Shown one piece after another: positions 40,544 through 56,675 of a DNA stretch of 64,000 nt. This DNA is from Octopus vulgaris. Taxonomy: Eukaryota. Location: assembly GCA_951406725.2 (NCBI GenBank), contig OX597828.1, positions 62,001 through 126,000 on the forward strand. Reading direction: 5' to 3'. Made by a program: the position numbers and the translations under genes. The notes under the pieces are model-generated. The model did no database searches. It saw only the letters and a list, made by a program, of their open reading frames with translations, and was not told the DNA's origin. Position 1 is the stretch's first letter, and the number at the start of each line of letters is the position of its first letter.

Positions 40544-42257
40544 CTAGCAGTATCGCCCGGCGTTGCTCGGGTTTGTTTCGACCCGCTGGAATTGGAATTT
40601 TTGAAAAGTAAAAATTTTGCATTATGTAGCTTGTTATTCTCTTCAAGTGAACATTTTTCTGGTTGAAATACACCGAAAAGTGGCGACACAAGTGAAAAAA
40701 TCGTAAAAAATAGGGATATTCATAGAAAAAAGCACCTTTTTGATGTAAATAATTTTTGGTGTTAACATGGCCCGATTTGAATTTTATCTTCTACGGAAGG
40801 AAGAGCAACCCTTCTTCTATCATACTCTCAATTTTGGTCAACTTGCGCCGCAGGGTCTCGGAAGAGATAGTGTTAGTTGAAGGTTACCAAACCTGGCGCA
40901 CAGACAACTTCAGCTTTATATAGAGAGAGATAACACACACACATACACATACACTTACACATACACACACACACACACACATGTATGTATGTATGGATTA
41001 TGTTTGTATATATGTACATCTGTCCACTTCTTGCCATATTTTTATCCTTCACTTCCTACACACACACACACTCACACACACACACACGCACGCACACACA
41101 CACCCACACACACACACCTTCTTAGCTTACAATTTCTTTCTTTCAACAATTGACAACTGAAGTACGCTCGCAAATTAATACTACCAAAACTTAGCGACAG
41201 AAAGTAAATTAAAAACCAATTTTAATTTATAAAATATAGAACAATAGCATCTACTCACTATATGTCAGTGAATTGTTGGTGTGTGTTTGCAAATGTGTTC
41301 GAATGAGAAAGTGAATTGTGTTTGGCGCCTTTTTTACTAATAACAAACACACACGTGTGTCTGTGTGTGCTTGAGTGTTTGTATGTAGTTGTTTTAAACG
41401 TTTGTGTTCGGCACTGTCATATATGTATATGTTTGCGTGTCTATATGTCTGTGTGAGAGGAGTAAATCGTTATGTATTTATTTCCTGTCTGTCTTTTTTA
41501 AATTTTTTTTGAGGAGTGGTTTAAGCATTAAAAAGAGAAAGTAGCAGAATGTGTGATGTTGAACAAGAGTGGTAGAAAGAGAATATGATAGTGGTATACA
41601 CTTGCAAAGAGAAAGTAGCAGAAAGTGTGGTAGGTTTAAGGTACACTTGCAAAGAGAAAGTAGGAGAAAGTGTGGTAATAGAAGGAGTAAAGCATTTGAA
41701 ATGAGTAGTGGTTTAAGGTACACTTGCAAAGAGAAAGTAGGAGAAAGTGTGGTAATAGAAGGAGTGAAGCATTTGAAATGAGAGAGGGAAATCGTAAAAT
41801 ATTGAGTTTTCTCGAATTTTTGCTTAATTGGGGGTCAAATTGAAATAAATTTATATGCCATGACCCAATGGAATGTACTTCGAAAAATCATAGGTAAATT
41901 CCAATTGAAGGAATTGTGTGATGAGTAAATCGTTATGTATTTATTTGTTTCTATTTCCTGTGTATTTTTTTTGAGTAGTGGTTGAAGGTACACTTGCAAA
42001 GAGAAAGTAGGAGAAAGTGTGGTAATAGAAGGAGTGAAGCAGTTGAAATTAGAGAGGCAAATTGTAAAATATTGAGTTTTCTCGAATTTTTGTTTAATTG
42101 GGGGTCAAATTGAAAAAAAATTATATGCCATGACCCAATCGAATCTACTTCGAAAAATCATAGGTAAATTCCAATTGAAGAAATTCTATATTGTACAATT
42201 GTATTAAAAAGAAACATAAGTCACAGGCAGAGAAAATCTGCTTTTTATCATAAGAGA
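40544..42257 (-). mobile_element. Composite non-autonomous Helitron related to 22233-23405
   Basis: Identical 3' hairpin and CTAG at 40544-40572; inner 5' end TCTCTCTCTATATAAAG at 40930; outer 5' end TCTCTTATGATAAAAAGCAGATTTT at 42257, with homology to 22233-22410; internal tandem repeats at 41570-42190. Confidence 0.75.
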
Positions 42258-42570
42258 TAGATAGGTTTGTGGGAGGGAGAAAGGAATGAAAGAAAGAAAG
42301 AAAAGAAGAAAGAAGAAAGAAACTGAGGGAAAGCGAAGAAGAAAGTGATCATCTGAATGAGTTAGAGTATTTAAATACCCGGTAAAGTACTCAATACATG
42401 GTGAAATCTTTGTTTGTCCATTCAACTTTTTCCATCGGCTTGAAAGGCATTTTTGAGTTTCAGGTCATGGGAAATATTCCAGGTGAGACGTTTAAATGTG
42501 GTGGGACGCACGTGACAAGGGCGGCAACGGAGTGAATTTTCAGTTATGTGCATGTGCGCACACACAGTAA

Positions 42571-42627
<57 letters not shown>

Positions 42628-45544
42628 TACACATACATACACACAGATTAGTAAGATCAACAACAACAAAAGAAAGAACTCCATCTGGTTAAGTGCTGGA
42701 TTTCCAGGGCCGCCAATTGATGTTTCTGTATTTGTTAACCGTCTTTAATAAAGTGGAATCTTCGATGGGTCTTAATCAAAAAACTTTATTCAATATACTG
42801 CAAACTGTAAATCCATTTATTATGAAATTAAGAAAATGAAAAATGAAAATGTAAATTTCTTTTCATACTTTTGGAACAATTTTGAAACAACAGAGTAACT
42901 TTAATAGAGTTTGATCTAAGCGGCCCCATGCCGACTCCATGCTGATTGCACGTTTAAGAAATGATTCTGTCTTTGGTTTTGTTGCATAAATTTATAGATA
43001 TTCATAACATTGCTTTATCATGGTGAAAATGTTATTGTAACTCTTTACGTTGTGAGTTCAAGTTCCGCCGAAGTCGACTTTGGTTTTATTTTTTGAGACC
43101 GATTAAAGTACTAGTCATGCACTGAGGTCGATACTACCACCTTAGCTCCTCCTCCTCATCCCTCAAAATTGTTCGCTTTGTACCTAAATCAGAACTCGTT
43201 CAGCTAAGGATTCCAATTCAGTTTTCCACAGATAAATGTTTCTTCAAAGTGAAATGCTTTCATTTATTTCACTCAGGATTTGATGGCGGTCAAGCTGGCA
43301 GAATTGGTAAAGCATCAAATAAAATAATTTGTGATTTTTGTTCCGTTTCTTTACATCCTGAGTTCAAATTCCTCCGAGGTCAACTTTGCTCTTCATCTCT
43401 CAGGGGTCGATAAAATTCAGAAGGCCATAACTAAGAGCCACACGGAGTACAGGGTCTACCATTCTCCACCATCCTAGGGTTGAACACGTTACCAGAATGT
43501 GTTACCGTGTGTCTTTGTCTTAGATGTCTATGTGTAGTTCAGACTGATATAATGTATGGAGCGCTGTATTATTGTATTATTGCGTTATCTCTTTTTACCA
43601 TCTGTTCAAATCCTGAAGTGATCAATTTCACTTTCATTCCCCACCCGGGGGTTCATGTTAACTTCTGTGATCGATGGAATCGAATATAGGTACAGTCCGT
43701 CACCCAATAGCCAATATGTGGTCCCGTGCTCTGTTAGGAAGCAATATTTATTAAGATAACCTTTAAGCTGTGGGTTCGATTCGAATCCAGCAACTTCGTG
43801 CAGAGTTAAGCGTGTGGGTAGAAAGTTTGCTTCGGAACTGCATGGTTTCGTGTTCAATCCTCCTTCGTGGCACATTGAACAAATGGCTTTGATAGTAGCT
43901 TAGAGTCGACCAGAACTCTGTGCGAAAAAAATTGGCCCACAGAAACCGTGTAAAAGCCTGTTGTGAGGTGGGACAGGACAGTTTCTGTCTCTGAGAGGTA
44001 GTCCTAAACCGTCACTCCGTTTAACTTCATCATCTGATTCTTAGGAATCTTAAACAAATCCCACCCATCCGATCTCAAGACAACTTAGCATTCACCTTTC
44101 TTCCACCAATCATAGAGGCCTTGATAAAGATTATGGCCACACTCCTTCCTCTTCTGAACACGTCACCATAAAGAAGTACCAGTGAAGTATTGGGATCTCT
44201 TCCATGAACTAAACTTTGTCTCTGACAAATATTTGGTTTTATGTCAATGAAGAAATCAATTATTTCTTTTAGATATTCTAGTCTTAGAGTATCATCTGAA
44301 TAGTTGGGACAGTGTGGTGTAAGACAAACAGATGAGCTTTCGACTATCATAATAGTGACAGTTTCTTTTTCTCATCTATGTAATAACATCCTTAGAGCAA
44401 TCACACTCGGCCAACAGAGTAACAACGATAACGGTCGACCAGCAATACACGTGATGAGCTCTCTCTGATGGTGTAAGCCAGTCTGAACTCGTCGCCAACC
44501 TCCCGATATCTCCTCAGTTAACCGCAGTAAAACTCAGAAGATATAAAGCGACGCACTACACATCATTAGCGAGTGTAGACAGACCACACCCTACAAACCA
44601 CACCTACATCATCTACACACAATGAAGCTAAAATTCATAGAAATGAAAGTCCACCTGCATTGTTGTGGTGGCTAGTTCTCAGCGAGGTGGGGACGGGGTA
44701 TATTTGTGAAAGTGGATCTGCGGGTCGCGACTCGTGGTTCGGCTGATTGCCAAATGTACCATGGGACTGATTGGTCAAAGTATCGTATTTCACAGCAAAA
44801 ACAACGACTGCCACTACAGTTTCCACTACTACCACCACCATTACAGTAACAACAACAACAACAGCAAGCGTTATCATCACCAAGCCCAACCGTGCAACCA
44901 CTAACGTTAACTCTACCACAACTACCATCCTCGCTTCCCCCGCCGCCAACATTGCCAACACCACCATCACAACCACTACTGCCTCTTCCCGATCATCATC
45001 CTTTCCCCATAACAACTATAAACGCCCCTCCAACGTCCCCCCCACCATCGCCACCACCACCGCTTATATCACCATCATCATCATCATTGTTATCGTCTCT
45101 TAGATCTCAGTAAAGTCAAGCCAACCATCTAACGCCCCTCCCGCCCCCCTTCTCATCAACTATGTACAATGTAAACTTGGCGGTGTTTGAAGGAAAATAA
45201 CCAGCTTGCCGTGTTTTCATAGTATTTACACGTGCAAATAACAAGGGTCACCTTAGGCAATGGCGGCGGCGGCGGTGGAGGTGGTCGTGTAGGCTCTGAA
45301 TCTTGTGTTACTCAGGATGGTCGGTGTGGTAGAAGGAGTATACATGAGTGTGTGTGTGTATATATATATATGAGTGCGTCTGTGTGTGCCTACGTGTATG
45401 TATGTATGTATGTATGTATGTATGTATGTATGTATGTATGTATGTATGTATGTATACATGCATTTATGTAATGTGACATTGTCTCAAAACAAATCAAAGA
45501 GCAGAAAGATGGCGTCGTCTTTAAACGGAATCTGGATATATTTC

Positions 45545-45732
45545 TTCAAGAGATCCCAGATAAGTCACCCATAACTGGATACAACTCACTCAACAAGAAC
45601 TCCCTACTCGAAAGGGCCATGATACCGCAAAATTTAATTTATGAAAGATTTAGCAAATCCTAACTGGTGGTGCTATTAAGTTCGATATGGCCTGGACCAT
45701 TCTCTGATCGAAACATATCCAAGCTTTATCTA

Positions 45733-45737
<5 letters not shown>
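45545..45737 (+). mobile_element. CR1-like LINE short 3' fragment
   Basis: Matches 47560-47800 (ggtggtgctattaagtt..atggcctggacca..tcgaaacatatc); ends at (TA)n. Confidence 0.8.
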
Positions 45738-45831
<94 letters not shown>

Positions 45832-45846
45832 TGTGTTTTTTTTTCT

Positions 45847-45879
45847 CTGTTGAAGAGCGTAGGCTCGAAACGTTAAAGA
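45847..45879 (+). ncRNA. Minimal hammerhead-like motif in a 147-bp insert (45830-45976) between (TA)n tracts
   Basis: CTGTTGA-A-GAGC(gtag)GCTC-GAAAC-GTT. A6 is T; palindromic AACGTT; helix I imperfect. Confidence 0.6.
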
Positions 45880-45972
45880 CTTGTTTTATTTATATTTCCT
45901 GAACGCCATACTAATACAATTGTTCGTTTGTTTTCCACCTGCCTTCGTCTTTTGTCTATTTTCATAAAGCCT

Positions 45973-46054
<82 letters not shown>

Positions 46055-46211
46055 CTATGTATTATACGTAAAGAATATATAATGTTGAAAACCTCATAAG
46101 CTGCAGTATTCGTCGCTAGAAAACATCTCTTTTAGACGTACAATGTTACAAAAAAAAAATACGGAAATATATCAGTAGTCGACAAAAATCATCGAACAGC
46201 GGTGGGTGGTG

Positions 46212-46252
46212 ACTAAATATATATTTCTAAGTCTTTGGGCTTCATCAATAAC
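46212..46252 (-). ncRNA. Degenerate hammerhead-like motif
   Basis: GTTA-TTGATGA-agcc(caaa)gactta-GAAA-TATATA-TT-TAGT; several mismatches. Confidence 0.35.
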
Positions 46253-46567
46253 AATATTCTTCTGGCAACCGCATGCTAAAATAAAGTCCGATGCTAAATG
46301 AATGATGCTTCTGCCGCCAACAGCGAGTTTTCATTGCACCTTAAGGTAAATTCGAGACCTGAAGCGTGGTGTGCCCTGCACCTATTCTTTGACAACGTCA
46401 ATTTGGAGGGAATAAGCTAACGTGCAGCACGAACACTTGACCACTGCAAACAAATTATTTGTGGAGGTCGTCCTGCAAAAAGCTGAACACGCCTACGTCA
46501 ATTTCGACGGGAGAGTCCATCATGTGTATATGTATATATACATACATACATATACATACATACATAA

Positions 46568-46658
<91 letters not shown>

Positions 46659-46664
46659 ATATAT

Positions 46665-46841
<177 letters not shown>

Positions 46842-46870
46842 ATATATATATACATAATATATATATATAC

Positions 46871-46944
<74 letters not shown>

Positions 46945-46974
46945 ATATATATATACATAATATATATTATTATT

Positions 46975-47804
46975 AACCGCTCACAGCCTCTAACAATATC
47001 AGAGACCTGGGTGTAATTGTTGATGACGATCTCAGTTGGAGTGCACACATCAACAAGAAGGTCGATATAGCTCGTAGGATGAGTTCCTGGATCTTAAGAA
47101 CTTTCCGGTCCAGAGAACAAGGTGTCATCATACCACTTTCTTCCTCCTTTGTACGGCCACACCTTGAATACTGCTGCCCACTGTGGTCTCCTCACACAAG
47201 ACAAAACATCTCCAGAATTGAGTCACCCCAGAGGGCACTCACTAAACAAATTGAAGGCATGGCTGCTCTCAAGCCTTGAAACTTTACTCCCTCCAGCGTC
47301 GCCGTGAGCGGTACATCATTTGTACGATGTGGAAAATATACCGCCAACTTTGCCCAAACGACCTAAACATTAGCTTCAAGGTTCATCCAAGACTTGGACC
47401 ACGGGCTATACGTCCCCTGCCCAATTCAAGATCACAACATACATGTACACTGCAACATAATTTCTTTTCCTCAACAGGCCCTGCCCTATTTAACATTGTC
47501 CCGAGGGAGATCAAAGAGGAAAAGGATCCCATCAACTTTAAACAGAGTCTGGATAGATTCCTTCAAAGAATACCAGATAATCCACCCATAATTGGATACA
47601 ACTCACCCAACAAAAACTCACTACTTGAACAAAACTGGATACAACTCACCCAACAAGAACTCACTACTTGAACAAAACTTGACTTAAACAAAACTTGACT
47701 TAAACAGGATTCGAATAATCCTATCAGGTGGTGCTATTAAGTTAGACATGGCCTGGACCAATCTTTGGTCGAAACATATCTAAGTTTATCTAAGTTTATG
47801 TAAG
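46975..47804 (+). pseudogene. 5'-truncated CR1-like LINE with 3' UTR
   Basis: [32 protein letters not shown] and LKLYSLQRRRER motifs; 3' stem-loop and (TAAGTTTATC)n tail. Confidence 0.92.
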
Positions 47805-48358
47805 CACGTATGTATACATATATGCTACACACGCGCAGACACAGATATGTATATGTGTGTGTATATGTTTGTGTGTACAGATATATATATATATATATAT
47901 ATATATGTACCTATGTATGCATTGTGTATGCATGCATCTGAGCATTTTTATTCTTATAGGTAATGGAATGTATTTAAGTCGGCAGAATTCTATTCGCCAC
48001 CGTGGATCATTTCAGTTGTTCTGAGTGACCGCTTCGCTCCTGTCGTCGTTCCTCGTCGATTTATATAGCAACCATTCACGACGTTAACAACTGCTTTAAA
48101 CTAGTAACTGTTTTTAAACCGCAGTACCTGAGGTATCGAGAAGTTATCGAAACATCCAGATCTTTTCAAGGTAGCTGTTCGCAAATATTCTATATTATCC
48201 TGGCGTAACATATATGCGAGTCATTCTTCCCGTATGGTAAATTTACATAAACAGAAAGTCAAAGCACCGCCTACTTGCTAGGTCATTGTGCACTCTCAGT
48301 GATTAATTAATTCAATTACATAAATAAGAATTGCATTGACCAGTTTCATGTGCATCTA

Positions 48359-48432
<74 letters not shown>

Positions 48433-48829
48433 CGTGCATGTATGAATGTTGAAATAGTTTTTACATTTGCATAAACATGGGAAACGAAATAGTTCGTTTG
48501 CGCACTCATACGAACGCAAACACAGATATACGTGTAATGTATATGTGCACACACACATATGTATTCGTATGCGTATGTGTGTGGGTATGTATGCATGCAT
48601 ATATATATGTATGTATCTATATCTATCTGTCTGTCTGTCTGTCTAGACAAACAGACAGACAGATAGATATGCATGTAAAAAATATAGATACGTGAGGTTT
48701 CGGGTTCAGTCCCCCTGCGTGGTACCTTGGGCAAGTATCTTCAGCTATAGACTCGGGCCAACCAAAGCCTTGTGAATGTGTGTATATATATATATACATA
48801 TATATATAATTTAATAAATAAAATATATG

Positions 48830-48860
<31 letters not shown>

Positions 48861-48894
48861 GTACGTACCTACATCTACATATATATACATGCAA

Positions 48895-48997
<103 letters not shown>

Positions 48998-49225
48998 TAC
49001 AGGACACCACAAATAGACGTAGAACTCAACGAGAAACGAAAACATAAAAACAAACTAGGAAACGGACTTTTTTAACAACGAAAAAACAGAGGTACAAGAC
49101 AAACAAAACAAGCTGTCCCTGGTTCGATTCAATGCGTGTTTCGAAGGTAAGGACAGAACAGGATCCGGTCGAATCAGTCCTTCCTGAAAAAGAATTAAAT
49201 AGACATACATACATACATACATACA

Positions 49226-49295
<70 letters not shown>

Positions 49296-49367
49296 ATGTA
49301 GAGATAGTAGTCCCCCTCATCACACCATATAAAAGAATTTTAATTTAATACTTACTACTCATTTCTC

Positions 49368-49463
49368 TGCTATACGTGTTTTTCTTGAGGTTCTTTTACG
49401 GTTCCTTAAGCACGCAGTGTTTTACACGAACATTTCTTAAAATGCAGCCCCAATCATCAGGCC
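49368..49463 (-). ncRNA. Hammerhead-like motif, mutated copy
   Basis: Inverted copy of 50024-50117 with extra A's in the GAAA run and a helix II mismatch. Confidence 0.55.
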
Positions 49464-50023
49464 TCTAAATAACTTTATCATAGTTCGATACCAAATATTA
49501 TATTTTAATTTTAACAGATAAGTATGCGTGTGTGTAAATAGATTCGTCGGACCTTATTGTGCAAGCCATAATTTAATTTAAATAAAAAATATAAAATAAA
49601 ATAGTAAAACAATTAAAAAATTACAAAAACTAAATTCTCACGTAAAAAAATTTAAAAATTACAAAAACTAAATTCTCACGTAACTTATGTTTGTAAACAT
49701 TCATATAAAATTAATGATCTGTAGGGATAAAAATAAAATATATACTTGTGATGATATAATAATGAAAGCAATGACAATATATTCGAATAAAAAACTATAG
49801 TTAAAAGTGGACATACGCATGTACGAATGACAAAATGCAAAAAGAAAATTTACAAATTGGTTTTGCAATTTTTTTTTTTACTTTTTTATTTAAAAATTTT
49901 TTTATTTGAATTAAATTATGGCTTGTACAATAAGGTCCGACGAATCTATTTACACACACGCATACTTATCTGTTAAAAGAAAAATATAATATTTGGTATC
50001 GAACTATGATAAAGTTATTTAGA

Positions 50024-50117
50024 TGCCTGATGATTGGGGCTGCATTTTAAGAAATGTTCGTGTAAAACACTGCGTGCTTAAGGAACCGTAAAAGAACCCC
50101 AAGAAACACGTATAGCA
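50024..50117 (+). ncRNA. Type I hammerhead-like motif with canonical core and long helix II
   Basis: TGC-CTGATGA-TTGGGG...CCCCAA-GAAAC-ACGT-ATA-GCA. Confidence 0.7.
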
Positions 50118-50732
50118 GAGAAATGAGTAGTAAATATTAAATTAAAATTCTTTTATATGGTGTGATGATGGGGACTACTATCTCTAAATAACATATATAT
50201 TTTCTCATTGAGAATAATTTGAACCCCTGTGATGCCGGAATTTCTATTCCCTAATAAATAAAATAATATATATATAGCGACACACACACTTTAGATTATA
50301 TATATATATATATAGTAGACCCTTGGAAGTTGTAATTATCCAAACGAGGCGTGATCTTCTAGCTACTCGTCAGGCCAAAGATATCTTTTTACAATTGAAT
50401 CTCCTGTGAGCCAACATAGGATCCTTTGACGATAGTGTTAACTTCTTTTGATTAAGGTATCTTTGGCGCAACGTGTAGCTAGCAAATGCTCCTGGTTTGG
50501 GTAGTCACTGCTTCCGTGGTTCTGTTAGCTATGAAGCATATATAGCCTGGATTTTGTCTACTCCATTCCTAAAATTTAGACTTTTATTCGCATATACAGC
50601 AACTCTTGCTGCTAATCGTAAGCTATAAAACAACTTTTTCACCTTTATCGAACTTCTTACACCTTGATCCTTGGATTTAACTTTACATATGTTATATTTT
50701 GTATATCACATATGTTATATTTTGTATATATA

Positions 50733-50799
<67 letters not shown>

Positions 50800-52210
50800 T
50801 ATTATTTATTGTATATATTATACATACATACAAACAAACATATATATATTACATTATATCATATATATATATGGATGTATATAATTGTATATATATTACA
50901 TTATATTATATAAATGCATATGGCAGTATGTTTTCTATTTTTAATTATTTGAAGTCTTACCTACAAGTAAGGAGCTGGTTTCTAACAAAGGTACAGGCAC
51001 CAGCTTTGCAATGTAGAAAACAGAAAAAAATTCCTCTTCTATACTTTACAAAATTCTTGCTCTTCCAAAAATCAATCAGATGATTGATCTCGTTTGCTGA
51101 AAACCCTAGCTTATCTTGCTTATCACTTGGGTGATTACTCACAAAACCAAGTGCAGCTGACCTCTATGATGGTACATACTTGTTTATTGTTTGTATGTTT
51201 TCAATTGTTAGAAAATTTGATGGGAATGTCCCGCCAGTATTCTTTGTGCTGATGTTTATGCGTATATTCAATCACTGTGGGTTTCTCTATACTTATCCCA
51301 GTGCAGTTTTTATCGTATAACATTGTATTTTGTTTATATAAATTGTATAGATGTTTGTACTTGTGTATGCATGTATGGCTGCATGTATGTCTGTGTGTAT
51401 CTGTGTGAATGTATTTTCTGTAGAGTTAATTCTGTCCAACGACCACCTGGTTGGTAAGAATATTCTGAAAGAGAGCATCTTGTTCCCTTCATCATCCTTT
51501 AAATCTTAAAAAGCCCTTGCAGATTTTTGTAGTCCCAGATATCACGATCATTTGTACTGTATAAATTCAGGAGTTGCATTCTCTCTCCAAGAACCGAACC
51601 TGAGCCATACTTTTCTCCAGATGGGTGGCGGGTTGGTACGTCATCTGTTGCTGCAATAATAATAGGTACGAAGCTGGATTGGGGACTGGATTCTCAAACT
51701 CCTTACTAGTGGTCCATTGGCGTTCCTTTTCTATATGTATGTATGCATGTAAATATGTGTATGTACGTATCCATATATATATGTGTGTGTAGGTACGAAT
51801 GTATGTATGTATGTATGTATGTATGTATGTATGTATGTATGTATGTATGTATGTATGTATGTATGTGTTTGTTTGTTTGTTTGTATGTGTGTGATCTATA
51901 ATGAATTTCTTCCTTCATCGTAACACGAGGTTCAGGATTGCGCCGCTCACAGAATGAAGAAAATGTAAGCTCAGACATTGGTATTTCCAGTTTGAAGCAG
52001 ATTAGAAAGAATGTTGTGGACATTCAACACATGCACGCATTAATACATAAACACATACACACACATGTACACTTATACATATATATATACACACACAAAT
52101 AAGACATGAGAATGTATTGCGTTTGTTTCCCATGCACTGTGTATGGCGAGGCATGTTCTCAAGACAATGGGAAACCTATGTTACTATTTATATATTCATA
52201 CACACACATA

Positions 52211-52280
<70 letters not shown>

Positions 52281-54134
52281 GTATATCTGCAAGGGTTGTT
52301 GCTGATTGTAATTTCATTGCCCAAAACGAGAATAGCACACGTATAACACCAATCGAACAAACTATTCGTATTGCTAAAAATAGAGCACACATGTCTAAAA
52401 CAAGGATGGAACCACGTGCCGTAAGCGACTGGTTTCAGTCAATCGTAGCCAATATGTAAAGGGATCTTAATAAAGAGGAACGTCCACGTGTTGTTGCTTG
52501 TCATCACAGCATCTTCCATATTAAAAAGTGTAGCATGATTGAGGAGAACAAAGCAGATAAATACTTGGTATTTTTAATGGTATGTTCCAAAGTTTCATGA
52601 AAAAATTTGGATACATTGTGTTAGATGTCTATTTGGCCATGTCGCTCCATTTTCCGAATTAAAATCTGCTTTCCGTGTTCTCGTCATTGCGGATCCAGCT
52701 AGGTTGACGGCTTATGTCGACCGATCACAAGTCACATGGTCACGACAGACGAGGAGGTATCTTGCGGAGATGGGAACGGACTGGCACTCTGCTTGACGAG
52801 TCACCTTGGAATATACCGAAAAATGGTGACTACCTTGACGCGCTGCAACAGCGCATGCCCCAACACCTGACCTGATGTGGAGTCCCCAAGCAGAGAGTTA
52901 ATACAAGGGCGATAATCATTCATCATATCTGACTGGATTAGAAAGTTGAATAAGGAATAAAATTCATAGATTACACATATTTATTTATTTATTGCCTACT
53001 TAGTAATTTCATAGGATTTCTAATCCGTGGTAATCGTGTACACCACTGTTTCGTACGTTTGGAAAATAAGCATCTGTTTATTTTCCTTTTCCCTCTCTGT
53101 TAAGCATTATCTTGGAAATACTAAAGAAGGAAAGAAGCAAAACCATAATAAATCTATCGTGTATTTGGAATACAAAAAAGATATTGTTGATCGACAGATC
53201 ATCTGCGATGTTTCGCTGACAAATAATACGCACACTTCTTGCCAACAGAACTAAATGGAAGATAAAATAGAAAAATTTTCCTATTGCGAAATGTGACATC
53301 AGAACAAAGGAACTGCAACATCAACAATTCAGTCAAAACCAGAGTTTATACAGAATGTAGAGGATATTCAATAAGAATCTCAGAAATTCTCTGCAAGGTA
53401 TGGGTTCATTCTGAAGGTAAATTGTAGTCAGTACAACGAATTTAACCAGGATGTAGTGTGGCTAGAAGAAATCCAAAAGAAAAATTGTTCTTGCATTACG
53501 CGAAAATCACGGAGTATCATTCTTGATAACACGGAAATTGTGACCGGAAAAGGTCAGGAAAGGGAAGCCCCAGGATGGGATTAATTGTTACGTTACCTAC
53601 TGTTGAATATCGATGATATCTTATCAACCTCTACAGCAAATTATAAATAGGTGTCAGTATTTGGTATATTCTTATTAAGTTTTAATATTTACAAGATATG
53701 CTTCTTCTTATACTTTATTTTAATCTCTACGTAATTCGACTCTAGTAACGTATAGAGTATTAGCTTTAGCTCCTTCCTTAACTAGAGAGTTTATAGTGAG
53801 GCTACATCTGGTAGACGTACTTTACAGTAGCAAGTCATTACACATATACATTGCGACGAATATCTTCTGTAAGAAGTGAAACTAGTTTGTATTTATTTAA
53901 TTCTGGACTCCAGAGTTTTTAATTATGTATTTTGAAATTATTTGCGTGTAAAAATACATGTTGCAATCGGTAATCTTGAAATCATTTGATTGTGATAGTC
54001 TATTTTGGATATGACATGAAATAACGTATTCTAAAGTTGGATTGTGATAATTTGTTCTTCAATGCATATGGTATTTTGAAATGATTTAGGGGTAGTAATA
54101 TACTTTGGAATTAATTAAAAAGGAAAAACGCATG

Positions 54135-55417
<1,283 letters not shown>

Positions 55418-55429
55418 CATTGTCATTTA

Positions 55430-56675
55430 CTTTTAAACTGCATGTTTGATGCAATCACCTGCCAGGGCACACCCAGCGCCCTAGGGCAAGTGAAGGTTAA
55501 GAGTTGTTGAAATATAGCTGAAAGCTTGTGGAGGGGAAGTAGAGATATATCTCCATGTAATGCAAACACAAACATTTACATTGATAGGGTTTTCTAAGGA
55601 TGTGGGCAGTACTTGTTAGCACAATCTTTTGGATTTCCTTGAGACATGGTTTTCCAGGGATATTGTCTAGGTGTTTCTGACATCCCTTTTTTATCATACC
55701 TAGGGCACCTACAATAACAGGAACAGTTTTTGTTTTAAGATTCACATCCTCTGTATTTCGATTTCCAGGTCCTTATATTTACTAAGTTTGTCAAATACCT
55801 TGACAGATACATTTTTATCAGTGGGGACGCTTACTTCTATTAGTCTGCAGGTATTTTCTTCCCTGTCTTTAACAATTATGTCTGGTCGATTAGCCTTGAT
55901 CGTTCTGTCAGTGTTGACTGGAAAATCCCAGAGGATGGTGACATCTTTACCTTCAACAACTGGCTGAGGATGGTGTTCATACCAGTTAGCAGGAGTGTCG
56001 GATTTGTAGTGTTTACATATCTTCCAATGTATATACTGTCCTACCCTATCGTGGCGATTTTTGTATTCGTTTGGTGTCAGCACAGGACATCCCGAAACGA
56101 GATGGTCTATCGTTTCGTCAAATGTGTCGCAGAATCTGCATTTAGGGTCAGTACCGTTTCGGAGAACGTTAGCCTGGTAATTTCTGGTAAACAAGCTTTG
56201 ATCTTGTGCTGCCATTATGAAACCTTCAGTCTCTGCTTTCAATCCAGAGCTCTTCAGCCACTGATGGGTTGTTGCTTGGTCTACATCAGCATTTTGGCTT
56301 CGGAGAATATATTGTCCATGCAGGGGCTTCTGGCTCCACCGCCTCTCAATTTGATTCTGCCCGTTCTTTTTTGCAGTCTGCTTGATTCGCTTTGCTTGCT
56401 TGGTAGCAGTGGTTTCCGGCTCTTCATCTGATTCAAGGTTAATGTCTAGTTCCCTTTCGAACTTATAAGCTTCCTTGACAATAGAATGTAGCTTTTTGCT
56501 GCTTTCGTGTTCGCACACAAGTCGCAGCATCCAGTCCTTTGTACTAGATAGGTACCTGTTCATTCCTACAGTAGAGGTCTTATAGCACATTAGGTACCTG
56601 TTCATTCCTACAGTAGAGGTCTTATAGCACATTAGGTACCTGTTCATTCCTACATTAGGTACCTGTTCATTCCTA

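Larger units (their letters stand above)
49291..50194. mobile_element. Penelope-like element with ~297-bp inverted terminal units, each ending at (TA)n
   Basis: 49291-49589 is the reverse complement of 49898-50194 with few mismatches. Confidence 0.85.
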
